Notes under the pieces: generated by a model
What the model was told of the DNA's origin: nothing
The model's database searches: none
What the model saw: the letters and a program-made list of their open reading frames with translations, nothing else
Shown here: one piece after another, positions 1-8,244 of the stretch
Numbering within the stretch: position 1 is the stretch's first letter
How the letters are laid out: each line of letters starts with the position of its first letter
Source: Methanobacteriota archaeon
Lineage (GTDB): Archaea > Thermoplasmatota > Poseidoniia > Poseidoniales > Poseidoniaceae
Length of the DNA stretch: 49,509 nt
Direction: 5' to 3'
Assembly (NCBI GenBank): GCA_009936765.1
Contig: JAACDL010000033.1
Coordinates: forward strand, 1-49,509
Made by a program: the position numbers and the translations under genes

Positions 1-5
1 ATCTC

Positions 6-704
6 TTGGTTACGTTCGGTATTGTTAGCTTCCTAGTACTCATTTCAGAAAAATACCGAGTCTTAGACAGGCTCGGAGTATATGCCGCAGCGGCTCTCGG
101 ACTTGTAGTGGGTGGATTAGGCCACTGGACATGGTTGGTCATTCTTCTTGGATTCTTAGGAACATCACACAAAGCCACTAAGTGGAGATTTGATGAAAAG
201 ACTGCTAAGGGCTTGTCTGAATCCAGTGATGGCCACAGGAGTTGGGGTAATGTCGTAGCTAATGGCGGCCTTCCTGGACTTGTTGCAATCATATCTTGGT
301 TGCTTGGAGACCACGAAAACGGCCTATGGATTTTCGCAGCATCAGTTGCTGTTGCCGCATCGGATACTTTCGCATCTGAAATTGGTTGCCTAGACGAAAG
401 GGTAAGAATGATCACAACCATGAAAAAATGTGAACCTGGGCTAAACGGAGGTTTCTCTCCTAATGGACAAACTGCTGCTTTTGTAGGCTCATCTATTATT
501 GCAGTTCTAGCATTTTTATCAGACCAGAATTTCGAATTAGCAATACTTGTAGCAGTTATTGGGTGGCTTGGATGCCAAGTAGATAGTTTCCTAGGGGCAT
601 TACTAGAGAACAGAGGTCTGATGACTAAAGGAACCGTTAACGCAGCAGCAATTACCTCCGGTATTATTGCAATGTGGTTGTATCTTGGAAGCCCACATCT
701 ATGA
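6..704 (+). CDS. DUF92/TMEM19-family integral membrane protein (may extend past the left window edge)
   Basis: Polytopic hydrophobic ORF. The blocks GTSHKATKWRFDEK, GHRSWGNVVANGG and SDTFASEIG resemble the DUF92 family. The frame is still open at the window edge (TTG at 6). TGA stop at 702-704. Confidence 0.6.
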   Translation: MVTFGIVSFLVLISEKYRVLDRLGVYAAAALGLVVGGLGHWTWLVILLGFLGTSHKATKWRFDEKTAKGLSESSDGHRSWGNVVANGGLPGLVAIISWLLGDHENGLWIFAASVAVAASDTFASEIGCLDERVRMITTMKKCEPGLNGGFSPNGQTAAFVGSSIIAVLAFLSDQNFELAILVAVIGWLGCQVDSFLGALLENRGLMTKGTVNAAAITSGIIAMWLYLGSPHL

Positions 705-740
705 TGTGGTTTCTTCAACTCCGAGTGCTTGGGGTATTAC

Positions 741-3062
741 ATGCAGAGGAGGTGGATTGCACTTTTCGCACTATTGTGCATCATGATTCCTTCCTTCACG
801 TCCATGGTGACAAATGCATCAGCAAATAACGAAACATATGAAGCGGGCTTTGTTGAATGGGACATCAATAACATCCACCAAATTTACCTCAGTGGTGATG
901 ATGATGATGATGTCAATCTAACACGTGATTATCAAGGCGCATCTATGGGTAACGTATTGATTAGTTCTGGACGCAGCGCTTCTATTGGCCCGTTATCCAT
1001 GCCTCCTTTAGAGATGGGATTCAATGGAACATTCAACATATCAACCTACATTGCGGCATACATGCAAGTAGGTTCGGGGGTTTCGTGGCTACAGTGCAAG
1101 ACAAATAATCCTGTAACAATAGATACTCAAGTTCAAATTGGAGATTTCTCTTACTTCGGAACGATTGTTGATTATGTCTGGGAATCATCTGCTGACGCAC
1201 ACAATATGAGTACTCAGATCTCAATGGGGAACATCACAGCTAGAGAAGGCGACATTATCACTTACTCGATGTCTGCGTCGACAAATTGCCCTAACAGCAT
1301 AAACCTCGAATGGGGGGGTTCGAATCAATTCAGTGGAGGAATTGTGATTCAGGGAGATTTATTTTCTCCTGAATTCGAGGTCACTGTTGATGATTCAAAA
1401 TTAGCTCACATCCAGATGGTTGCGACTCTACCATGGGGGTGCAATGATTTAGATGAAGATTTTACTGCGATGAATATCTATGGTCCGGTTCAGCCAGATG
1501 AAAAAAGAATATACGACGATGATATGCGTCCTGAAGGATTTACTGCAACCAGCACATATGTCGAAAGAACTGATGACATGGGAAGACCATCAAAAGTATT
1601 CACTGGGAAAAACAAGTTGCCAGCAGGTGATAACGTACTGATTGTTTGTCTCAAGACAGTGGATACACAAACTACTGGAATCGCAGGTAAAAACTGTGAC
1701 CACGCTGGAATTATCAGATTTAATGTAGAAGAGGATGCTGATCCAATTGCAAGTGCATTCCTTTGGCTTTCAATTTCTGGTTTTGTTGCAGTAATCACAT
1801 ATCTTTTCGTCTTAATCAGACAAGGGATTTTACTACCATTACCATTGATTGCTGCCCTAATAGTCATGGCAATCCTAATGATTCCCTTAGCCAGCGACAT
1901 ACCGGACTTAGGAGGTGAAGCTATAGTTGCAGATGATGCTAGAGCGCCATCATTCCTACTTCACCAGAACGGTAATGGCTCATCAGTATCTCTTGATGAG
2001 TTACTAGATGGGAAAGATGCGGTTATAATTGGTATCACATTACCTGCATCCAGCAACGCATTAGATCAGACTAAGCAGATTGAACAAGCAGTAGACAGAC
2101 TAGACGGCCGTGTAAGTGCGGTGCAAATAGTCACGGGCGAGAATGTAAGAATGGATGATTTAGATACAATAGCAGGAATTACAAATGCATCTTGGCCAAT
2201 ACTGATTGATGATGGTGAAAGTAGATTTGCTAGTAGAATGCCGTTGGGAGTTTCAGATTCAATTGTAATCATAGATTCATCAGGCCATATTACTTATTCA
2301 GTAAGTGGTACAACTAGTACTGAAAACTTAGTCAATGCTGTCGATGAGATTGGCTTTGGGGGTCAACAATCAGTCTTCTCAACTCTAGGCTTATTCTGGG
2401 GACCTGGATTAGCGATGTTATTTGTAGCGCTCCCTCGAAAGACATACGAGGCCCCTGAGGAGTCATTTATTCCGGGTGCGCTATGGGGAAGTGTAGCACT
2501 TGCAGGAGGTGTTGGTTTCCTCATGGTAAATTCAATTTCACTATTCATGTCATTTATTCCAGGAGATAATGACTTACGAACTTGGGCAGACATAACTTTG
2601 ATTGTTTGGTTTGTTAGTGCTGCAATTAGGGCTGCAAGGAGTGGAACTCCTTGGGAGATAGGATTTGTATCCAAGCGAATCCATAATCTATATTCTAAGG
2701 GATTCCAAGAATGGAGAGACATTGAAGATGTAGAGAGAGACCTACTGATCGGATTTTGGATGGGATGGTTCATTTGGCTAGCACACCCTGCATTGCTTAC
2801 TCAAGGAGTAGCTGCTTTGACTATGACAGGAGGGGTGAATTACTTGTTCGGCCCATTCATGCTAGTCATACATACTTTGACAGCAGGAATACTCACACTT
2901 ATCATCAGATTTGTTGCATCATGGGGAGGCCCTATTTCCCGTACATTTGGCTCATATGGCTCAGGTCCATTCTCTGAAGCACTCGGATGGGCCCTGATAC
3001 CAATTTCACTTTGGGCTTTGGCTAACATAATCATTAACGCATCCAATGTTGGAATAATTTGA
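741..3062 (+). CDS. Large exported/polytopic membrane protein with an internal Cys-less thioredoxin-fold (TlpA/redoxin-like) segment; function unknown
   Basis: The ATG at 741 (track start 729 is TTG) gives a signal-like N-terminus, MQRRWIALFALLCIMIPSFTS. This is followed by a ~330-aa hydrophilic region, a TM pair, a redoxin-like block (PSFLLHQNGNGSSVSLDELLDGKDAVIIGI...WPILIDDGE...IVIIDSSGHITY) and a multi-TM C-terminal block. Confidence 0.6.
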   Translation: MQRRWIALFALLCIMIPSFTSMVTNASANNETYEAGFVEWDINNIHQIYLSGDDDDDVNLTRDYQGASMGNVLISSGRSASIGPLSMPPLEMGFNGTFNISTYIAAYMQVGSGVSWLQCKTNNPVTIDTQVQIGDFSYFGTIVDYVWESSADAHNMSTQISMGNITAREGDIITYSMSASTNCPNSINLEWGGSNQFSGGIVIQGDLFSPEFEVTVDDSKLAHIQMVATLPWGCNDLDEDFTAMNIYGPVQPDEKRIYDDDMRPEGFTATSTYVERTDDMGRPSKVFTGKNKLPAGDNVLIVCLKTVDTQTTGIAGKNCDHAGIIRFNVEEDADPIASAFLWLSISGFVAVITYLFVLIRQGILLPLPLIAALIVMAILMIPLASDIPDLGGEAIVADDARAPSFLLHQNGNGSSVSLDELLDGKDAVIIGITLPASSNALDQTKQIEQAVDRLDGRVSAVQIVTGENVRMDDLDTIAGITNASWPILIDDGESRFASRMPLGVSDSIVIIDSSGHITYSVSGTTSTENLVNAVDEIGFGGQQSVFSTLGLFWGPGLAMLFVALPRKTYEAPEESFIPGALWGSVALAGGVGFLMVNSISLFMSFIPGDNDLRTWADITLIVWFVSAAIRAARSGTPWEIGFVSKRIHNLYSKGFQEWRDIEDVERDLLIGFWMGWFIWLAHPALLTQGVAALTMTGGVNYLFGPFMLVIHTLTAGILTLIIRFVASWGGPISRTFGSYGSGPFSEALGWALIPISLWALANIIINASNVGII
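897..911 (+). repeat. (GAT)5 trinucleotide run encoding DDDDD inside the 741..3062 CDS
   Basis: Read directly: ggt gat gat gat gat gat gtc. In-frame, so length changes would add or remove Asp residues. Confidence 0.9.
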
Positions 3063-3809
3063 GTGTTGAACATGGCAAGACAAATTCCTAGGGGCCATCT
3101 TCCATTTCCTATGCCTGAAAGAAGTCATGCGCTGGTGCAGGAATGGAGAGACCTAACCTTCATGCATTGGGAAGTAGAGCCTGAGGCTCTGATGCCTCAT
3201 ATTCCTAAAGGGCTGGAAATAGATTTATTCCAAGGTAAGGCATATGTCGGAACGATTCCATTTGTGATGAAGAATGTAAGGCCAAGAATGCTACCTTCTT
3301 TACCGGGAGTATCCACATTCCCCGAGTTTAATATTCGCACATATGTTACAAAAAATGGCAAGCCTGGTGTTCTTTTCATCACCCTAGATGCTCAAAGTCG
3401 AATCACTTGCTGGCATGCTCCGAGATCTTATGGCCTCCCATATAGGTATGCGAAATGCAAACTTAATGCTAGTAATGAGAAATATTCTTGGAAATCACGT
3501 AGAACTAGTGATGGAGTAGAATTAGAAGGAGAATGTGAGATACATGGAGAGAGTAGAGTTGCAGAAGAGAACTCACTTGAGCATTTCCTTTTCGAAAGAT
3601 ATTCACTCTACACTGAACACAGGGGCAAATTGCACATGGCATACACCTTACATGCACCTTGGGTGTTCAAAGATGGAACTGCAAAGATAATCAAAAACAC
3701 TCTAACTGAATCATATGGGTTAGGAATTGATGTCATGAATCCTCAACATGTCCATGCTTCAGAAGGTGTTTACGTCCAGACTTGGCCGATAGAGGAAGTG
3801 GATTCATGA
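3063..3809 (+). CDS. DUF2071 (YqjF-like, acetoacetate-decarboxylase-like fold) family protein
   Basis: WRDLTFMHWEVEPEALMPHIPKGLEIDLFQGKAYVGTIPF...FPEFNIRTYV...GVLFITLDA matches my recollection of the DUF2071 N-terminal signature. GTG at 3063; alternative ATG at 3072. The stop overlaps the next start (ATGA). Confidence 0.6.
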   Translation: MLNMARQIPRGHLPFPMPERSHALVQEWRDLTFMHWEVEPEALMPHIPKGLEIDLFQGKAYVGTIPFVMKNVRPRMLPSLPGVSTFPEFNIRTYVTKNGKPGVLFITLDAQSRITCWHAPRSYGLPYRYAKCKLNASNEKYSWKSRRTSDGVELEGECEIHGESRVAEENSLEHFLFERYSLYTEHRGKLHMAYTLHAPWVFKDGTAKIIKNTLTESYGLGIDVMNPQHVHASEGVYVQTWPIEEVDS

Positions 3810-4189
3810 GCGATAGAGACTTCTTGTTACTAGATGGCGATTGTGGACTATGTCACAGATTAGCGACTTTCATCGACAAACGCTTAGCTAAAGGCCAAGA
3901 CTTAGGATACCGTCCAATTCTATCAGATGATGCCCAAGTAATGATTGCTAATTTCCCTGAAAAACAGCAGAATGCAGATTCTGTCTACCTTCTCAGAAAC
4001 GGGAAATCGTATATTCGTTCTGCCGCTGGAATCAGATGCCTACTATACATGAGGTGGTACTACTCAATGTGGTTTCCAATATTGTGGATTATACCTCTGC
4101 CGATTCGAGACATTGGATATCGCATTATTGCCAAATACAGGCATAAATTCTTCAAAAAACCAGCAACTTGCCTGTTCAGAGTAGATTGA
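3806..4189 (+). CDS. DCC-family thiol-disulfide oxidoreductase (DUF393/YuxK-like)
   Basis: N-terminal LLLDGDCGLCHRLATFI contains the D-x-x-C-x-x-C family motif. The ATG at 3806 overlaps the upstream TGA (ATGA, 3806-3809). The track start at 3782 is TTG. Confidence 0.7.
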   Translation: MSDRDFLLLDGDCGLCHRLATFIDKRLAKGQDLGYRPILSDDAQVMIANFPEKQQNADSVYLLRNGKSYIRSAAGIRCLLYMRWYYSMWFPILWIIPLPIRDIGYRIIAKYRHKFFKKPATCLFRVD

Positions 4190-4244
4190 TGAAACTACCT
4201 TCAGAAAACAATAGGCTAAGTATGATGCTTATTTTCTTACAGAT

Positions 4245-4754
4245 ATGAAGGGAATTGCTATAGTTGCCATTTTGCTTGCAGTTATAGCTAGTCCAGCAGT
4301 TAATGCTAGTCCTGCTGATTCAACTCATGCAGTAAACCCGGATACGATAATAACGGTAGATAGCACCAATTTGAGATTCAGCCCCTCTACCATAACCATC
4401 GAAGAAGGAGATGCTGTGCGCTTCTTTTGGGATGGACAGATTCTCCCCCACAATGCCGTTGACGACAACGAGACATTTGATTCAGGAGACACAAAAACTG
4501 ACGAAGATTACAGGTTTGTGTTTGTTCAAGGATTAAACGGGACATTCGAATATTATTGTGAACCTCACAGAAGTTTAGGCATGGTAGGACAAATAATAGT
4601 CAACCCTGCTCCTGCAGTAATGGAAAATAATACTACTGAAGAACCTGTAATCGAAGTCGAAGATGAAGATGACTCATTTATGCCATTCCTATCATTTCAT
4701 ACAATGTCAATTGCAATAATGATTGCAGCTATAATTAGAACAAAAGAAGATTAA
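4245..4754 (+). CDS. Halocyanin/plastocyanin-like blue copper protein, membrane anchored
   Basis: Signal peptide MKGIAIVAILLAVIASPAVNA. Type-1 copper ligand pattern: His in LPHNAV, then C-x2-H-x4-M in YYCEPHRSLGM. Acidic linker and a C-terminal hydrophobic anchor. Confidence 0.8.
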   Translation: MKGIAIVAILLAVIASPAVNASPADSTHAVNPDTIITVDSTNLRFSPSTITIEEGDAVRFFWDGQILPHNAVDDNETFDSGDTKTDEDYRFVFVQGLNGTFEYYCEPHRSLGMVGQIIVNPAPAVMENNTTEEPVIEVEDEDDSFMPFLSFHTMSIAIMIAAIIRTKED

Positions 4755-6472
4755 ATGATTTCACTGGCTTCTAGAACCGGTCTTTTCAAACTAGGTGAGA
4801 AGTCTACTAGTTTGACCCACATTTTGATATTATCACCTTCACGGAGAGATAGGATCTGTTCGTCAAATGAGACTGGAACTTTGACCACTCCAACATAAGG
4901 TCCACCATCAATCAGTCCATGGACAGATTGCCCGCCTCGATAGACAGGATCTCCTAATAGAGTTCTTTCCATTGACTTGATTCTTAGATTAACTAAGTAT
5001 TCACTAACTTGTTTATTCATTAATTCTCTACGTTCACTTGAGAACCTAGCACCTTCCATTTCAACAATCAATTGTTCAAACTCAGTATCGATACCATCGG
5101 TTAGTTCTACATTAGATGCATTACTTCCTGAATGGACGACCTCTTCATTAACATCCTCTGATTCATCAGAAACATTTGCAGAATCTTCATCTTCCCAAAA
5201 CTGTTCTAAGTTAGTTGGCAATGCTTTGTAGGCTTCATCGATTGTATCTACACTGGTAGTCAACATTCCAGTTTCAACCATTTCTCCTACCCACCAAATG
5301 TCTTCCCAATCGGAAACTTGTACTGTGTATCTTGAATCTGATACCCATTGTCCAACACCTAAAATGGAGCCATTTACAAGGAATGTTCCATCTAGTCTGA
5401 TTTCTTTCTTGTTGGAATCTTTTACCCTGATTACTCTACCTGGGCCTGAAAAGTTTTCAGTAACGATTTGGTCATCGATTTCTTCCATCACCGAATCAAT
5501 TTCAGATAGTTCATCTTCCATTGATTGGTCTTCGATTTCGATTCCAAGGTGATTCCATAAGCGGTACAATTCAGCGGCATCTAAAGTACCATCTCCATCT
5601 GTATCAAACTCTTTGATTGAGTCTTTTACGATGAATAAAGGCACCGTCATTCCAGTTGCAGCGGATAGTGCACCAGCTATTTCCACAGGATCGAGTTTAC
5701 CGTCTTTATTGAAATCACCAAGTTCAATCAGTGATTCAGGAGTTAGGTTTCTTTGACGAATCTGTTTTGAAAGTTGATCCATTACTACATTTCCAGCAAC
5801 TTCTGTTGCCGTTTCGCCTTGTGCGTTAGTAGGAAGGGCTGCGTTGAGATTGTATTTTCCTTGCTCAACATTTTGTCGTAATTTCTCTTTGCCTTGTTCA
5901 CGTAACTCTTCAGCGCGTTCAATTGCTCTTTCACGGCCTTTCTTTACAATCTTAGATGCACCAACTGCTCCTAGACCTCCTACAGTAGCAAGTGCGCCTA
6001 ATTGCAGACCTTTTGTGGCGAGATCTGACCTATGAAGGGCTTCGATTTTTTGAGTTTTTGAGCCACTATCAATACCGTATGCACTAGCAATAATATCTAA
6101 TTCTGAAGTTTCTAAGTCCTCTAGTTTCTTTCCACCACGGACTTCAGACACAACCCTTGACATAATCTGATTTGATTGGTCATTGTATTGTGCTGCACGA
6201 CCCTGGACCTGTTCTCCAGCACCATGTAATTCATTAGCACTCCACTTCCATTCCCCTGAAGAGTCTTGTTTGAGCACCATATTACCTTGAGCAGTGCTTG
6301 CAGCACCACCGGCTGCAGAAACCAGCCCTCCAAATACAAGGCCACAGATTCCTAAACCGCAGCAACCTGAACCTAAGCCTTCTATTCCTACCATTGAGAA
6401 AATCAATCCTAAAAAGATTAGGCCACCACTAATCATCTGGGTTGCAGAATGGGCACTAACTCCTTCGGACAT
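4751..6472 (-). CDS. Membrane-anchored protein with a canonical EF-hand pair; otherwise unknown
   Basis: Gly/Cys-rich N-terminal TM segment. Two 12-residue EF loops, DFNKDGKLDPVE and DTDGDGTLDAAE, lie about 30 aa apart. Acidic C-terminal half. Confidence 0.65.
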   Translation of the reverse strand: MSEGVSAHSATQMISGGLIFLGLIFSMVGIEGLGSGCCGLGICGLVFGGLVSAAGGAASTAQGNMVLKQDSSGEWKWSANELHGAGEQVQGRAAQYNDQSNQIMSRVVSEVRGGKKLEDLETSELDIIASAYGIDSGSKTQKIEALHRSDLATKGLQLGALATVGGLGAVGASKIVKKGRERAIERAEELREQGKEKLRQNVEQGKYNLNAALPTNAQGETATEVAGNVVMDQLSKQIRQRNLTPESLIELGDFNKDGKLDPVEIAGALSAATGMTVPLFIVKDSIKEFDTDGDGTLDAAELYRLWNHLGIEIEDQSMEDELSEIDSVMEEIDDQIVTENFSGPGRVIRVKDSNKKEIRLDGTFLVNGSILGVGQWVSDSRYTVQVSDWEDIWWVGEMVETGMLTTSVDTIDEAYKALPTNLEQFWEDEDSANVSDESEDVNEEVVHSGSNASNVELTDGIDTEFEQLIVEMEGARFSSERRELMNKQVSEYLVNLRIKSMERTLLGDPVYRGGQSVHGLIDGGPYVGVVKVPVSFDEQILSLREGDNIKMWVKLVDFSPSLKRPVLEASEII

Positions 6473-6511
6473 AAACCTACGATGATAGACGACCTCAATA
6501 AATTGTGGGCG

Positions 6512-7765
6512 TCAAGGCCATTTAGGCCTAGGCCAATCTCTAGGATCACCATGTGTCCATGAAATCGTACAAAGCGCAGTCTCTATTTGTGAAATTCGAG
6601 TGTATCCCCTCTCTATTTGTATTCTAAAAAGCCAGTCTTTCAAACGTCCAAGTTTGATTCCAGGTCCTAATCCCGTTTTAGACATCAACCAACTACCATC
6701 TATCAGGCAAGATACATCTGTTGGGTAATCTAGTGATTTAACCAAATCTGAAATGTCAGCACCAATAGCCTCCATCAAGGATATATGGGTCTTTACTTCG
6801 TCGCCAAGTTGGTTTCTATATATTCTTAAATCATACTTATCAGGGGTCTTGTGCAATAGGAAGTGCAACAATTTTGTCCTTCCAATTACTTTATTTGAAC
6901 ACTTAAAACGATTCAATAACGAAGAAACTTCATCCGATTTAAGATAAGTGAAAAGCATTGCAATTCTAGCTTCCAAGTCTTCTGGAAGTTTTTCTATTAA
7001 ACCAAATATCTCTTTGGCAAATGGGTAGCCGAATATTGCCGAAAGAACTCCGTCATCATTCATTCTTGAAAGTACGACATGCGCGTTTTTACCGACGATT
7101 ATCCTCTCTAGCTCATTCCAAACTCGTTCTATTGAAACAAGTGCGAGCATAGATCGATTGTCGATTAATGCAGAAGATAAATCATTATCGGGATACCAAA
7201 TCCCTTTCTCCTGACGATCCATGAAACGATAAGCGCGCATTATTCGTAAACCATCTTCAGATAGCCTTTGTTTTGCCTCACCAACTGCTCTCAATATACC
7301 TGAATCTAAGTCTACTTTACCGTTAAAGGGGTCATGTAAGAGCCCCCGAGCACAATCATATGCCATTGAATTCATCGTGAAATCCCGCCGTGAAAGGTCG
7401 ATAGAAAGACTTGTTCCCCACTCAACTGCATCAGGCCTCCTACCATCACCATAGCCTGTTTCAGTGCGCAATGTAGTAACTTCAAACATAGAGTTACCAC
7501 TCTTTACGGTGATGGTTCCGTATCTTTCCCCCGTTGGTATGGTGTCGTCAAATGATTCGATAACTTGCTGTGGAGTTGCATCTGTGCAAATATCATAATC
7601 TGTTGGAATCTTTCCAAGAATACAATCTCTTACTGAGCCACCAACTACCCAAGCGCCAAATCCGCCGGCACAAAGCACGTCTAAAACGTGCACTAAATCC
7701 TCATTTGGAGGAATTAGACCATGCATTTCGATGCCTGGGTCATCGGCGGCTCTGCCCTCCTCCAT
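6512..7765 (-). CDS. cca: Class II tRNA nucleotidyltransferase / poly(A) polymerase family (CCA-adding enzyme-like)
   Basis: Head-domain motifs WVVGGSVRDCILGKIPTDYDICT (GG-x-VRD ... D-x-D), TLRTE..GDGRRP and SRRDFTMNSMAY. Alternative ATG start at 7726. Confidence 0.8.
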   Translation of the reverse strand: MEEGRAADDPGIEMHGLIPPNEDLVHVLDVLCAGGFGAWVVGGSVRDCILGKIPTDYDICTDATPQQVIESFDDTIPTGERYGTITVKSGNSMFEVTTLRTETGYGDGRRPDAVEWGTSLSIDLSRRDFTMNSMAYDCARGLLHDPFNGKVDLDSGILRAVGEAKQRLSEDGLRIMRAYRFMDRQEKGIWYPDNDLSSALIDNRSMLALVSIERVWNELERIIVGKNAHVVLSRMNDDGVLSAIFGYPFAKEIFGLIEKLPEDLEARIAMLFTYLKSDEVSSLLNRFKCSNKVIGRTKLLHFLLHKTPDKYDLRIYRNQLGDEVKTHISLMEAIGADISDLVKSLDYPTDVSCLIDGSWLMSKTGLGPGIKLGRLKDWLFRIQIERGYTRISQIETALCTISWTHGDPRDWPRPKWP

Positions 7766-7824
7766 GTTTTTGTCACGCTCACCCTTTCCAAAGCATTATC
7801 CCAAATATCGCCTTGGAGAGGCCT

Positions 7825-8244
7825 ATGTCATGGGAAGCAGACGATGTCACATTAGTTGCTTTAGATTGGTTAAAGCCCCATGAAGAAATCAAAACTAGGA
7901 ACAGAGATAAGTTGCTAGACATGACAAAAAGGTGGGGTGGGTTTACCAAACCATTACTGGTAGATTCTGAAACTGGAGCCATCTTGGATGGACATCACCG
8001 CCATTCAGTAGCAATATCATTGGAACTCAAAAGAGTTCCAGTGATTCTAATAAATTATCTCCGAGATGAAGAGATAACTGTGGATGTATGGCCGGGCTGT
8101 GGGCTTGATAGTATCTCTAAGGAGGACGTAATAGCAATGAGTCTTAGCGGAAACTTATACTCTGCAAAAACTAGTAAACACACTATAGCGAATCACATGC
8201 CACCGATTCACATCTTATTGGAAGAACTTGAGAAAAATGAGTGA
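7825..8244 (+). CDS. ParB-like nuclease (ParBc/sulfiredoxin-fold) domain protein
   Basis: LDWLKPHEEI...KPLLVDSETGAILDGHHRHSVAISLELKRVPV is the ParBc core. The ATG at 7825 is preceded by GGAGAGG. The longer track ORF from 7570 would overlap cca and is not supported. Confidence 0.65.
   Translation: MSWEADDVTLVALDWLKPHEEIKTRNRDKLLDMTKRWGGFTKPLLVDSETGAILDGHHRHSVAISLELKRVPVILINYLRDEEITVDVWPGCGLDSISKEDVIAMSLSGNLYSAKTSKHTIANHMPPIHILLEELEKNE

Noticed and set aside
1317-1326. A T-loop-like GGTTCGAATC string suggesting a tRNA.
   Set aside because: It lies inside the 741..3062 CDS, and no flanking acceptor, D or anticodon stems can be drawn. I saw no tRNA-like cloverleaf in any intergenic spacer.
7570-7824. 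The long 5' extension of the ParB-like ORF (track ORF 7570..8244), overlapping cca by ~200 nt on the opposite strand.
   Set aside because: The extension is Cys/His/Pro/Arg-rich with no domain signal and overlaps the well-supported N-terminus of cca. The ATG at 7825, with an upstream GGAGAGG, begins exactly at the ParBc core.
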